From: an uncultured virus (IMG/VR IMGVR_UViG_3300020469_000014)
Lineage: Duplodnaviria > Heunggongvirae > Uroviricota > Caudoviricetes
Reading direction: 5' to 3' (one strand)
IMG/VR virus record: IMGVR_UViG_3300020469_000014
Coordinates: 62,001 to 126,000 of that record
DNA length: 64,000 nt
The notes beneath the pieces are model-generated. The model searched no databases. It saw nothing but the letters and a program-made list of their open reading frames with translations, and was not told the DNA's origin. Shown here in pieces: positions 10,093 through 19,720 of this stretch. Made by a program: the position numbers and the translations under genes. The stretch's first letter is position 1. Each line of letters begins with the position of its first letter.

Positions 10093-10680
10093 CTATACAA
10101 TCCATTGTATCCAAGAATATCTGGTTCCTTTTGTTACTGGCATTACTTCATGTGGAAACAAATACAGTGCTGGAAATACTAACACACTTCCCTTCTTTAT
10201 ATTGACAGTGTGTTCCTTCCAAAACCTAAACTCACCTCCTTCAAAATCGTCATTCAACACACCTACCACACTAGTAACAGGTATGCCTCTAAATTGTCCT
10301 TCAAAGAAATCTCGGATATGATCGTAGTGTGGACTAAGATAATCGCCAACATCATACTTATTGAATTTTATGCCTGAGCAAGCTTCCCAAAATGAACCGC
10401 CAGTTTGATTATCCTCAACGTCATAATAATTATATTTTTCGTGGAAGGCATTAAACAACTCATCATTTATATGTGGTTGTATTATATTTACCGCCTCTGG
10501 GGCAGTTACGGTTGATTTCATATTTGATTCTTTATCAATATCAACCTGTTCAAAGTCCTGATACCAAGAAAATTCACCCCATTCACGAGAATCTAAAAGA
10601 GATACTATCTGATCACATTCCTGATCAGATAGCAAATCATACTCAAATATGTGGTCTTTAAGATTCGGATACTTCAACAT
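10093..10680 (-). CDS. 2OG-Fe(II) oxygenase
   Basis: KYDVGDYLSPHYD, NDDFEGGEF, PHEVMPVTKGTRYS. Confidence 0.85.
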   Translation of the reverse strand: MLKYPNLKDHIFEYDLLSDQECDQIVSLLDSREWGEFSWYQDFEQVDIDKESNMKSTVTAPEAVNIIQPHINDELFNAFHEKYNYYDVEDNQTGGSFWEACSGIKFNKYDVGDYLSPHYDHIRDFFEGQFRGIPVTSVVGVLNDDFEGGEFRFWKEHTVNIKKGSVLVFPALYLFPHEVMPVTKGTRYSWIQWIV

Positions 10681-10775
10681 CTTTCATAGTAGGTTTCTGT
10701 TTCAAAACCTCATTGCCAGTTTGTTTGGAGATAAATGCAGAGAGTTCTGGAGTTTCCTCCCACTCCCAGACTTGA

Positions 10776-11078
10776 TTATTCTGTGGGTTTTTCTTTTGAA
10801 TCGTGAGTGTGCGTTTTGCCAATTTCAACCTCTCTAGATAAAACTTCGATTTCATTTTCAAGGCCAATGATCCGAAGTTCTGCATCATTGGCCGATCTTT
10901 CTAGAGCCCGTACAGCAGTAGAGAGTCTTGCGATCTCTGCTCCAAAGGCATCAATATTTTGTAGAAGTAAGTTGTTTCCAAATGTCTGAGGATTCCCCTT
11001 CTCCGCATAGGCAGTGTCCTGTACTTCCTCGCATCTCTTGAGATAATCCTCTTTTGACATTCTATTGTTGTCAGTCAT
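10776..11078 (-). CDS. hypothetical coiled-coil protein
   Basis: ORF track; heptad-like central region; ATGA overlap with upstream gene. Confidence 0.6.
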   Translation of the reverse strand: MTDNNRMSKEDYLKRCEEVQDTAYAEKGNPQTFGNNLLLQNIDAFGAEIARLSTAVRALERSANDAELRIIGLENEIEVLSREVEIGKTHTHDSKEKPTE

Positions 11079-11599
11079 GAGTATTCCATGTAAATGTTTC
11101 CAGATATTGTAGTTCCCTCATTGCCGGAATTAACCATGTGCATGAGGAATGATGGGAATATGATGATACTCCCAGGCTCCAGAATAGGTTTATAGTCTAA
11201 CGGAAACTGGGGCAAAGTGCAACCAAAATGGTTCTGAATGTTATGAATCGAAGGATTAAAAAATGCAGTTCTTGATGTCACGTCAACATATATCACATAA
11301 CTCCATTGACTTTTAGGATGTATGTGAGCATCTTGATAATCATGTTTCTTATAAACATTTCTCCATATATGTCCAAACCTTGCGTTCTTTCCCATCAGTT
11401 CTGCTGGATAGAGATTTCTCTCTATTATACCAGACAAATAAACCCAAATTTCCTGTGGAATTTCTTCTTGTTTCTGTGACGAGAAAGTAGATGAAACTCC
11501 AGAATCCCAAGTAGGTTCTAAGGGAGAGAGGGGAATACAATCAAATTTAGTTACATCAACCTGATCTTCAAAGACAGGTATTCCAAAAAGTTGTTTCAT
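11075..11599 (-). CDS. putative 2OG-Fe(II) oxygenase (TIGR02466-like)
   Basis: WRNVY...QDAHIH...WSYVIY...PGSIIIFPSFLMHMV. Confidence 0.7.
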   Translation of the reverse strand: MKQLFGIPVFEDQVDVTKFDCIPLSPLEPTWDSGVSSTFSSQKQEEIPQEIWVYLSGIIERNLYPAELMGKNARFGHIWRNVYKKHDYQDAHIHPKSQWSYVIYVDVTSRTAFFNPSIHNIQNHFGCTLPQFPLDYKPILEPGSIIIFPSFLMHMVNSGNEGTTISGNIYMEYS

Positions 11600-11979
11600 T
11601 AATGCAAATCATCTAATTTCTGTAAATCGCTTTGTTCTAATACTTTTTCATAACCGTTTACGGCGGCATCTATAATTGCATTTCTCATATCATCATTTTC
11701 CCTCTCTTCTAATCGTTTCTTGATACTATCAAAGTAAATTGAAGTTTCGGAAGGTAATCCCTGTTGCCCTGGCAATTTACCCTCGTAACTACCTGTGGAT
11801 TTGACATCTATTATCTCAGGTGGCAATGGTTTGGGTGCTTCTATCCGTTTATATGTAAATCCATCACCCTCATGTAATTCCAGAGTGGTAATGGCATATT
11901 GTTCGTGACTACAATCACAATACTTCTGTCCTATACTATCATAAACAGTCCAGAATGGGTAAAAATGATCAGGAATCAT
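11599..11979 (-). CDS. hypothetical protein
   Basis: ORF track; translationally coupled. Confidence 0.6.
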   Translation of the reverse strand: MIPDHFYPFWTVYDSIGQKYCDCSHEQYAITTLELHEGDGFTYKRIEAPKPLPPEIIDVKSTGSYEGKLPGQQGLPSETSIYFDSIKKRLEERENDDMRNAIIDAAVNGYEKVLEQSDLQKLDDLH

Positions 11980-13610
11980 AATTCATATCCAAACTCTGCC
12001 CAGTCAAAATCTTCTATTGACAATGCGTTTTCTTCTTGTGTTTTTTGTCTGGAATTAGTGTATCCTAATGCCTGCATATAACCCCAAGCCCTAGTTTCAT
12101 CTTCATCCCTCAAATACCTCATAGCTTTAGCTCCATTTATATAGTAGTTTATTTTGGGTACGTTTTTGTTGATCAATTCATTCATTTCTTGTGTCTTGAC
12201 CACGATTGCGTTATCGTAAGTTCCACAATCGCCTGGTATAGATAGGCCTGGAGGAACGTTAGCATATCCGATAGTGCTACTACCAGCATCAGTTCCACCC
12301 ACACCAATCATAATTCTCTGTCCTTCTGTCGCATAGAATGAATCTGAAGTTCCGTCTCCGTCATCTGTACTGAAGGTAGGCCAATTAAAATTACCAACAT
12401 AATATCCAGCTCTACCATTACCAACAAGAGGTTCATCTTCTTGTCTAACTTGTCTCCATTGTGAAGTGGTATTAGGATCACCATTATTAATCAAATCTAA
12501 TTGGTGTCCTTTTCCTATATTTACATTTTGAGCGATACCAATCTCAACTGGGTCGATTGGATTCTTTGTTGATTCAAACTCGATATCTGATGTATTGCCT
12601 GGTCTTACAACTATTACCGAACTGTTTATACCAGCTTGAGAAGGCGGTTGACTCAAGTGTGCAAAATAATAATCAGATACAATACCGATATAGAATGAAG
12701 TTCCTATATCTTTGTTAACTGTTATACTGACGGCATTATTCAATTCAAACACATTGAGAATCATTTCTGCAGCGGATGTAATACCTGTATTATCAACGTA
12801 TGTTATAATACCTACAGCAGTTGAAATACCTGTGATACTGGTTCCAGCTGAAACCATCCCTCCTCCACTTTTGCCTGTATCACCAAATACAAAATCTCCT
12901 ACACTAAAAGCGGTGAAGATACCAGTCTTATTATCGGCATAAATTTTGTTATCACCAGATGTACAGAATCCAGATAAAGGATAAACCTCAGCGGGGTATG
13001 GTGTTAGTCCAAATCCAAGAACACTTGTAGCATTACCTGATGGAAATAAGGTTGGATTTATAAGAGCATCAGTAATAAGATCTCCTGTTTTTATACCAAC
13101 CCTCCCTGTAGTAAACCCAGTAAGAGTTTCGGCATCATCGTCAAATATAATAAGAGCAGCACTACCAACATTAACGTCAACACGATTGATATTTTCAACA
13201 ACATTAGCACCATACTCCATATTTCTTGGGTACTTGTAATACTTTGCTCCGTAGTATCCCAAGAACTGATATGTGGAAGCGTCTTTTTTACACTCCCATA
13301 CCGTTACCTCTTCATCATCGTCATAACCATATCTACTGAAACTACTGTCCTCTACTTGAACCCATGCCAAATCACTCCTACATCCATGAGAGATTCTCTC
13401 CAGATATGCAGTTTGAACAGCCGTTATTGCTGTGTTGATGGGATCAATGAGTGGAGGCAGTTTACCATCCATTTTATTGACTATTTCATCATACTCATCA
13501 ATGAGTGCATCAGTTAATGCTAACTGTTCTGCAATGGAATCTTCTTCCTTCCTTTGTATGACAGTTTGCGCTCTGAGTCTTTTTGCAATTTCCTTTGGAT
13601 TAGCAGCCAT
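11976..13610 (-). CDS. putative virion structural protein
   Basis: 544 aa, G/T/S-rich beta region, within the baseplate operon. Confidence 0.55.
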   Translation of the reverse strand: MAANPKEIAKRLRAQTVIQRKEEDSIAEQLALTDALIDEYDEIVNKMDGKLPPLIDPINTAITAVQTAYLERISHGCRSDLAWVQVEDSSFSRYGYDDDEEVTVWECKKDASTYQFLGYYGAKYYKYPRNMEYGANVVENINRVDVNVGSAALIIFDDDAETLTGFTTGRVGIKTGDLITDALINPTLFPSGNATSVLGFGLTPYPAEVYPLSGFCTSGDNKIYADNKTGIFTAFSVGDFVFGDTGKSGGGMVSAGTSITGISTAVGIITYVDNTGITSAAEMILNVFELNNAVSITVNKDIGTSFYIGIVSDYYFAHLSQPPSQAGINSSVIVVRPGNTSDIEFESTKNPIDPVEIGIAQNVNIGKGHQLDLINNGDPNTTSQWRQVRQEDEPLVGNGRAGYYVGNFNWPTFSTDDGDGTSDSFYATEGQRIMIGVGGTDAGSSTIGYANVPPGLSIPGDCGTYDNAIVVKTQEMNELINKNVPKINYYINGAKAMRYLRDEDETRAWGYMQALGYTNSRQKTQEENALSIEDFDWAEFGYEL

Positions 13611-14464
13611 TAGGTTTCTCTATCCTCATATTCTGTAACTAGTCTTGAAACATCTTTACGTTCAGCATAGACTACATAACTGCAACGTATATTGTGAGTT
13701 TTGAAACTATGGGGGTTTACTATTATGTTTAATTTACTTCCCTTAGAAACAGTATAACACAAATCTTGGTAAACTCCAATAGGAGTTAAATGAACTGTTA
13801 TGGATTCATCATCTACAAGATCTTTCCAATAGTATGGCAGTTCAATCACATTATCACCTTTCAATACTCCTCTGAAATACACACCTATCTCTGGTCCTTC
13901 TAGACATGAATACCTCAGTCTATGTGGGGACTCTTTACTTGGATGTGGTATATCAAAGAACTTAAATGGAGCAGAAACTGATGCAAAGGTGCCGTTTGCA
14001 GCAATAATTGATGGGCAAGTTATGTTTCCTCCAACTGCAAGTAAACCAGCTATTGTACAGAATCCAGCAATATTTACGTTTCCATTCTTCTGTGTTATGG
14101 CGTTACCAATACCCAGTGCATTTTTAATATCAATACCATTCTTAAGACTCAGTGCGTTCTTGATTGTAGTTCCAAGTTTTGTAGTAAGACCAGTGAATGT
14201 ACTGACTGCAAACACATTATGAACACCGAATATATTTGTAATACCATGAACTTGCAATGATACAGGTGCTGGAAAACTCATGGGAGGTCCAATCATGACT
14301 GTTGCCATTGGAACACCAATGTTAGGAACTAATCCAAAGTAGCAGGGACCATTAGACACCAAAGTGCCAGGAAATACCTTTGGTATGCCTGGTAAAAATG
14401 AGGTATCCAGTGCTCCGATGACAACTTTGTCACCGAACATTCCTATCGAAGCCGTTTGTGCCAT
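13610..14464 (-). CDS. putative baseplate spike/tail-associated protein
   Basis: Beta-helix-like N-terminal repeats; C-terminal FDIPHP...LRYSCLEGPE..VYFRG...YAERKD domain seen in phage tail proteins; downstream of gp5. Confidence 0.55.
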   Translation of the reverse strand: MAQTASIGMFGDKVVIGALDTSFLPGIPKVFPGTLVSNGPCYFGLVPNIGVPMATVMIGPPMSFPAPVSLQVHGITNIFGVHNVFAVSTFTGLTTKLGTTIKNALSLKNGIDIKNALGIGNAITQKNGNVNIAGFCTIAGLLAVGGNITCPSIIAANGTFASVSAPFKFFDIPHPSKESPHRLRYSCLEGPEIGVYFRGVLKGDNVIELPYYWKDLVDDESITVHLTPIGVYQDLCYTVSKGSKLNIIVNPHSFKTHNIRCSYVVYAERKDVSRLVTEYEDRET

Positions 14465-15036
14465 TATAAAAAGTCCTTAAATCTATCAAAGGCACCGATC
14501 AAAGCGCCAAGAAATCCACCCTGTATCTTATCCGTCTGTGTACCCAAATCAACTGATGATCCACCAGATACCTCAACGAAGTTACCACCAAGAGAAAGAT
14601 TCTTAGTACCAAGAACATTTGTATTACTGGCATCTATATTCAAAATAGGAGACTTTCCTAAGTAGATTTGATCAGCAGCATTCATTGTAAGTTCTGATCT
14701 AGCATTTAGTCTTATATTGTTTCCTTGTAATATTATATCACCATCTTGAGCATCTATCAGAATGTGTCCGTATGCGGCACAAATAACTTTACTGGGTTCA
14801 TTCTCCTTTCCTCTTATACCTACAGTTTCGTATGAACACCCATTTACTACTAACTTCTGAAGTCCACTCTTATACCAAGCGATACCTTGTTTTTCATCAG
14901 TGATTAGAGAGTAATCTGTATATTCTCCCTGCAAATCTCCATCAGTAATCTTTACACCAGAAGTTTCACGAAATCCTATATTATTTTTGAACCACTCCTG
15001 TGACTCTTTCTTTTGTACGTCTGGTTTAGTTGCCAT
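14464..15036 (-). CDS. gp5 C-terminal-like beta-helix protein (putative)
   Basis: Directly downstream of gp5; alternating beta-strand pattern. Confidence 0.45.
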   Translation of the reverse strand: MATKPDVQKKESQEWFKNNIGFRETSGVKITDGDLQGEYTDYSLITDEKQGIAWYKSGLQKLVVNGCSYETVGIRGKENEPSKVICAAYGHILIDAQDGDIILQGNNIRLNARSELTMNAADQIYLGKSPILNIDASNTNVLGTKNLSLGGNFVEVSGGSSVDLGTQTDKIQGGFLGALIGAFDRFKDFL

Positions 15037-18000
15037 CAGTATCCGCCTCCGTAACCGCCTGATCCACCTGATCCGCCAGACCCGCCACCACCAGAAGGAG
15101 GACTACTAGGTGGAGGAGTGCTTGGAGGTGTAGTTCCCCCAGTTTGTTCTTGAGGCTGCGTAGTTTCTTGTGGGGTATTTGTATTAATAGATGGTGTAGA
15201 ACTATCAGTAGTGTCGGCAGAGGCATTTGTCTGTTCCGTTGTAGTAGTTGTGTTAGTTGTACTTACAGTTGGAGTGGTAGTGGTTGTAGTAGTGGTGCTC
15301 GATTGAGGGGTGTAGATTATAACTGGTTGTTGGCCAAGACTTTCATTCTTAGTATTATATATTGTGGCATGTGGTGAGGATACATGAGTAGGTCCTACCA
15401 TCTTCTTACCTGTTGATGGATGAACATGGAAGTCGCCATAATATGGGTTACCATTGACCCAGCCAACCTGTGTTGTACGTTGACTGTAGACACAATCAAC
15501 TACCTTAACAAACAGAGTTCCACCTCTTCTTGCCTCATCAGTTGATACAATTCCACCTCTACCAATAATACCACCATCTCTACTTGGTTTCTCTCCAATA
15601 TCAGAAACATAGTCAGGACTATATGACATGATTGGATACAATCTGGCACCAATTCCTGTTCTAGTATCTATCGATACTGAAGGAATAGATTTATGTTTAT
15701 CTTGACAATTGATGTTATTGATTCCAGCGATAGAACCTGCTGGAGTAACAATTAAATCGAAAGAACAATCTCCCACTCTACCTTTATCTCCAGAAGTATA
15801 TCCAATTCCAGGCCTGTAAGGAACAAGATCCGTTACAATACCAACTGCCTCACTACCAATACCAGAAACACCTCTGGTTGTAAAATTATAGGTATCAGTT
15901 CTTCCCATACCAGCAAACTGATTTTCATATAGATCTAAGAATGAACCCTCAGACATAGAAATATAGTATTCTGTGTTAAATTTTAGGTCATTCTTTGGAT
16001 CTATCTTAATAATCCTATCGGATAGGAATGATATTTTATTATTCTTCACATTGATTCTTTCATGCACAACATTAGTGCCCGATTCTGTAATGGTAACATC
16101 TCCATTACCTTTTACTATTGGTTCATTAAATGTAATTGAAAGAGAAGTAGAAGTTTGAACACCTACTGCATCATCAGCGGGTGTAGTAAATGTAATGAAG
16201 GGATTTTCATCATCATCGTCTTCAGTAACAGGATACTTTGGAGGAACTACATTAGTTGAAGGACAATATCCCTCTCCAGGCGCCAACATAAAGATGTCAA
16301 CAATAGATCCATTTTCATCTATGATTGCTTCAGCGTGAGCACCGCCGCCATGTCTAGTCTTGTCTATAATTGCAATTCTTGGAGTTCCAGTATAATTTAA
16401 GCCTGGTTCCAAGATCTCTAAAGTAAGAATACTTCCATTTACAGATGAGACTATAGGCATAAGAACAGCAGTTTTTGTTCCATCTCCCCTAACTTCTATC
16501 TTCGGTGGGATACATTCACTCCATGTAAATCCTGGCGGTACTGAATTACCAAGATCATCTTGTGTTTGTGGGTTCTGTACCCTAGCATTACAATCAAAGA
16601 AGTCTGGTAAACCTCCACCTAGCATACTGAGAAGTGAGAATTTAGCTCTTGCATCATAAACTCCATCACCAGTAGTATCTGCCGCTCCAACAAAATTATC
16701 ATATTGTTCCAATATTTTCATGTTGTCAAGAACTTTTCCAAATGATAAGTCTGGTTTAGATGTGATTCCTAAACCCTGAGACCAATCATCATATTCTTTA
16801 CAGGATAATTTAGCACAAGCAAAGAATCCTAAGAGCATATTAACATAACTACTGACCTTTGATAACAAACTACCAACACTACCTAAAGCGCCAGTCAACC
16901 AATCTAATCCGTCTAGTATTGGTTTTAATGCTTTTGTTAGTTTATCGTAGATCTCTCCCAAAATATTTCCGACCATCTGCTCTACAGCACAGACAGATGG
17001 ATTTAATACCTTACCAATCATGTCTTTCAAAAGACCAGTCACTAGATCAAATAGGCCTGGAAGTTGATCTCCAAAGATACAGAATAAAATATCAAGAATT
17101 TTCTGTAGGGCTTTGAGGATAGGAGATTTTTGTGGTTCTGGTATAATTAGTGCTTGTACATTTCGGAATACCTTCGTTATCAACCCAATAACTTTATCTC
17201 TAATAACATTGAGTATCTTTTTAACCGCAGCAGATATTAACTTAGAAGCCTTTCTAACTAACTTATTAACATCTGCAAGCAGATTTTGAGCAGTGTCAAT
17301 GTAAGCACCAGCATAGGCAGTAAGAGAGTTTACTGTAGTTAGAAAACTACCAATCGTATGTGCAATATCACCTAAAGGACCCTGTTCACACCCATTGTCC
17401 ATACTATGAGGACCTAGTTGGGTATTAGAAAATTCTACCTCTGACTTTCTATCATTAGATATCCCCTCCTTTCCACTTTCCAATTCGCCAGGTGAGTTTT
17501 TCTTTTCCTCACCAGCTTTATTTTTTGCATTTTCTTGTAATTGATTCTTTCCTTCTGCTACAGCAGCTGGATTTAATTCTTTGTTTTCGGAATTGGGAAG
17601 AGTGGTCATCCCATCGATACCAGCCTTCCTACCAGTTGCCACAGCGAAAGCATTAGCTTCAGATTCAGCACCATCTCTAAGAAAGTTTGAAGGACCTGAT
17701 TTGTCGTTGATTGATCTAGCTAAAGCACCAAAAATTACTGGTTGTTGTGCTTCCTCGCCATCCAAGAAGAAACCAAAAACAGTTTCTCCACCAACCATCT
17801 TTGACTTTTCTCCCAAACAGGCCTGTCCAGCACCAGAGGTAGGATCTACCATGACATGTGCCCAAGGTAAATCTTTTTCACCCATTATGGATTCGTCAAA
17901 TGGGTGATAACCTATTATTCTTACTTTACATCTAAACGCCCAACCAGATTTAACATCAGTAGATTGATCGCGCCAATGTTCTGGATCGGCTACTCTACCA

Positions 18001-18065
18001 ATCCACCATATGAATCCATCTCTTCCAACAAAGTTGGTCTGTGCAAGGGCGCTTTCTAACATCAA
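15036..18065 (-). CDS. gp5: baseplate hub protein gp5 homolog with Ig-like (Big_5-like) insertion
   Basis: N-terminal FVGRDGFIWWIG...RCKVRIIGYH...LPWA...VFGFFLDG...QQPVIFG; TPADDAVGV...ITFNEPI...NTEYYI Ig-like segment; T/P/G-rich tail. Confidence 0.8.
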   Translation of the reverse strand: MMLESALAQTNFVGRDGFIWWIGRVADPEHWRDQSTDVKSGWAFRCKVRIIGYHPFDESIMGEKDLPWAHVMVDPTSGAGQACLGEKSKMVGGETVFGFFLDGEEAQQPVIFGALARSINDKSGPSNFLRDGAESEANAFAVATGRKAGIDGMTTLPNSENKELNPAAVAEGKNQLQENAKNKAGEEKKNSPGELESGKEGISNDRKSEVEFSNTQLGPHSMDNGCEQGPLGDIAHTIGSFLTTVNSLTAYAGAYIDTAQNLLADVNKLVRKASKLISAAVKKILNVIRDKVIGLITKVFRNVQALIIPEPQKSPILKALQKILDILFCIFGDQLPGLFDLVTGLLKDMIGKVLNPSVCAVEQMVGNILGEIYDKLTKALKPILDGLDWLTGALGSVGSLLSKVSSYVNMLLGFFACAKLSCKEYDDWSQGLGITSKPDLSFGKVLDNMKILEQYDNFVGAADTTGDGVYDARAKFSLLSMLGGGLPDFFDCNARVQNPQTQDDLGNSVPPGFTWSECIPPKIEVRGDGTKTAVLMPIVSSVNGSILTLEILEPGLNYTGTPRIAIIDKTRHGGGAHAEAIIDENGSIVDIFMLAPGEGYCPSTNVVPPKYPVTEDDDDENPFITFTTPADDAVGVQTSTSLSITFNEPIVKGNGDVTITESGTNVVHERINVKNNKISFLSDRIIKIDPKNDLKFNTEYYISMSEGSFLDLYENQFAGMGRTDTYNFTTRGVSGIGSEAVGIVTDLVPYRPGIGYTSGDKGRVGDCSFDLIVTPAGSIAGINNINCQDKHKSIPSVSIDTRTGIGARLYPIMSYSPDYVSDIGEKPSRDGGIIGRGGIVSTDEARRGGTLFVKVVDCVYSQRTTQVGWVNGNPYYGDFHVHPSTGKKMVGPTHVSSPHATIYNTKNESLGQQPVIIYTPQSSTTTTTTTTPTVSTTNTTTTTEQTNASADTTDSSTPSINTNTPQETTQPQEQTGGTTPPSTPPPSSPPSGGGGSGGSGGSGGYGGGY

Positions 18066-18068
18066 TCA

Positions 18069-18296
18069 TTAATCGTCATAGACGAGACATTCTGGTTCTG
18101 AGGGGTTTTGATCACAATATAGTTCGAGAGCAGTAGGATCGTGATGATCTCCTTCCTCAATTTCTTTTTTGTGATGATCGACATAATCTTCCAACTCGTG
18201 AAGTTCTCCTTCGATATGCCTACGAGTTTGAGGACTTGTTGTGGGATCTTCTAAGATCTCCTTATCTTTTTGAATGTGTTTCTCTAAACTTTCCAT
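18069..18296 (-). CDS. cp12: CP12 Calvin-cycle inhibitor
   Basis: C-terminal LELYCDQNPSEPECLVYDD (C-x8-C CP12 motif). Confidence 0.9.
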   Translation of the reverse strand: MESLEKHIQKDKEILEDPTTSPQTRRHIEGELHELEDYVDHHKKEIEEGDHHDPTALELYCDQNPSEPECLVYDD

Positions 18297-18304
18297 TTTA
18301 CTCC

Positions 18305-19720
18305 TTATTGGATGCCATATGAATCTCTAATGAGATTTAGTGAGGTGACATTTTTTCCCTCAGCAATTTCAAAGTGATGTCGTAAACTACGGATAACAAA
18401 GAATCCACTTTGTTCTGAGTCTGATGTCTTCTGACCTGAAGGTCCATCATATGTGGGACCTACTTCTGGAATCTCTACTCTCAAAATACCACCGATTCTT
18501 AACATAGGATTACAAGGTACAGTTATATTTAGGGACTGTTGGAAAAGCATTGCATATCTAGTAAAAGATTTAGCCATGTCAGCGGAGTCTCTACCCTGTC
18601 CTTCCACATCTTCATCGGATTCCTCAAGGTTTTTATTCCACATTCCTCTGTCTCCTATTCTTACAAGAACTCTTGATGCTAATTTGGTGATATCTCCCTG
18701 TGGGATTGGTATTGTACCGCCAGCAGTCTTCAAATTGTTAGCCTCTACATTATCCTCTAAATTGTATTTCACAACATCTAACTTCCAGTCTAATGGATCA
18801 TACACATATGTCAAGTTACTGTACAGTCCAACCCTTAAGTTCTTCTGCACATCTGTAGTTTTGTTTGTAAAAAGGTGAAGAATCTTAAACTCACTTTCTG
18901 GATCGTTTGCAGTGATTAGAGTTGAGTAAGTATATGTTGGAATACCATAGTTACTAAGTAATGCCTCACTGTTATCTGCTTGATAATCTACTTGAGTAGC
19001 ATCCACCATTCTATCTACTGACTTGAACTTGTATCCATCATAATCTTCATAGAAAAAGAATCCAGAGGTTCCCTTTCCTTCCGCTGATACTCCTTCTCCA
19101 CTTTTTCCTGACACTGGGGATGTTGATGGAACTGCTTTAGGACATAACCATTGTAGAGTATAAAATGGTTTTCTCATATTACCAATGAAACCATAGTTAG
19201 TAAGACTCTTCTCAACGCTCATCCTATCTGGATCAATTTTTAAAACCTCTGTTAGTATGTTTTTAACATGTTCACTTATTGGTCCTCTTTCATATCTTTT
19301 CATGACTCTAGCAGTCTCATTTGAGAGATTAGTTAGAGTACAACACTTAAGAGTAAATGTTTCTTGTCCTTCAACTTGATTAATTTTTTCAATGGCAGAA
19401 ACATACAGAGGATTTCCATTGTCCTCAGTAAACTCAACATCACCGTATGCAGTTCCTATAACAAGATCAATCCTCTCATATCCTCTTATAGGTATTTTAC
19501 TTAAGAGAGCAGAAGTATCAGATACTAACAACCTTACTGATATTGCTGGAGATAAGAGATCCTCAAAATAGTCAAATTGCACAACACTATTCTTAATATC
19601 AAGGGAATCTACAGAGTCTTGTTTCCCTGAGTCACTAGAACCACCCCTTTTGAAAGTAATATTATTCTCAGGGGTTATTTTAACTTGTTTGAATTCAGTT
19701 TTTTGTAAAGATACAGACAT
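18305..19720 (-). CDS. putative baseplate hub protein (gp27-like)
   Basis: DYFEDLLSP, GFFFYE..GYKFKS and GFFVIRSLRHHF...TSLNLIRDS motifs; position in baseplate cluster. Confidence 0.55.
   Translation of the reverse strand: MSVSLQKTEFKQVKITPENNITFKRGGSSDSGKQDSVDSLDIKNSVVQFDYFEDLLSPAISVRLLVSDTSALLSKIPIRGYERIDLVIGTAYGDVEFTEDNGNPLYVSAIEKINQVEGQETFTLKCCTLTNLSNETARVMKRYERGPISEHVKNILTEVLKIDPDRMSVEKSLTNYGFIGNMRKPFYTLQWLCPKAVPSTSPVSGKSGEGVSAEGKGTSGFFFYEDYDGYKFKSVDRMVDATQVDYQADNSEALLSNYGIPTYTYSTLITANDPESEFKILHLFTNKTTDVQKNLRVGLYSNLTYVYDPLDWKLDVVKYNLEDNVEANNLKTAGGTIPIPQGDITKLASRVLVRIGDRGMWNKNLEESDEDVEGQGRDSADMAKSFTRYAMLFQQSLNITVPCNPMLRIGGILRVEIPEVGPTYDGPSGQKTSDSEQSGFFVIRSLRHHFEIAEGKNVTSLNLIRDSYGIQ

Noticed and set aside
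9866..10205. Plus-strand ORFs of 70 and 63 aa
   Set aside because: Antisense to the tmRNA and the oxygenase gene; explained by those features
15040..15300. Repetitive ACT/ACA/GGT-rich stretch
   Set aside because: Encodes the Thr/Pro/Gly linker of gp5; not a DNA-level repeat system
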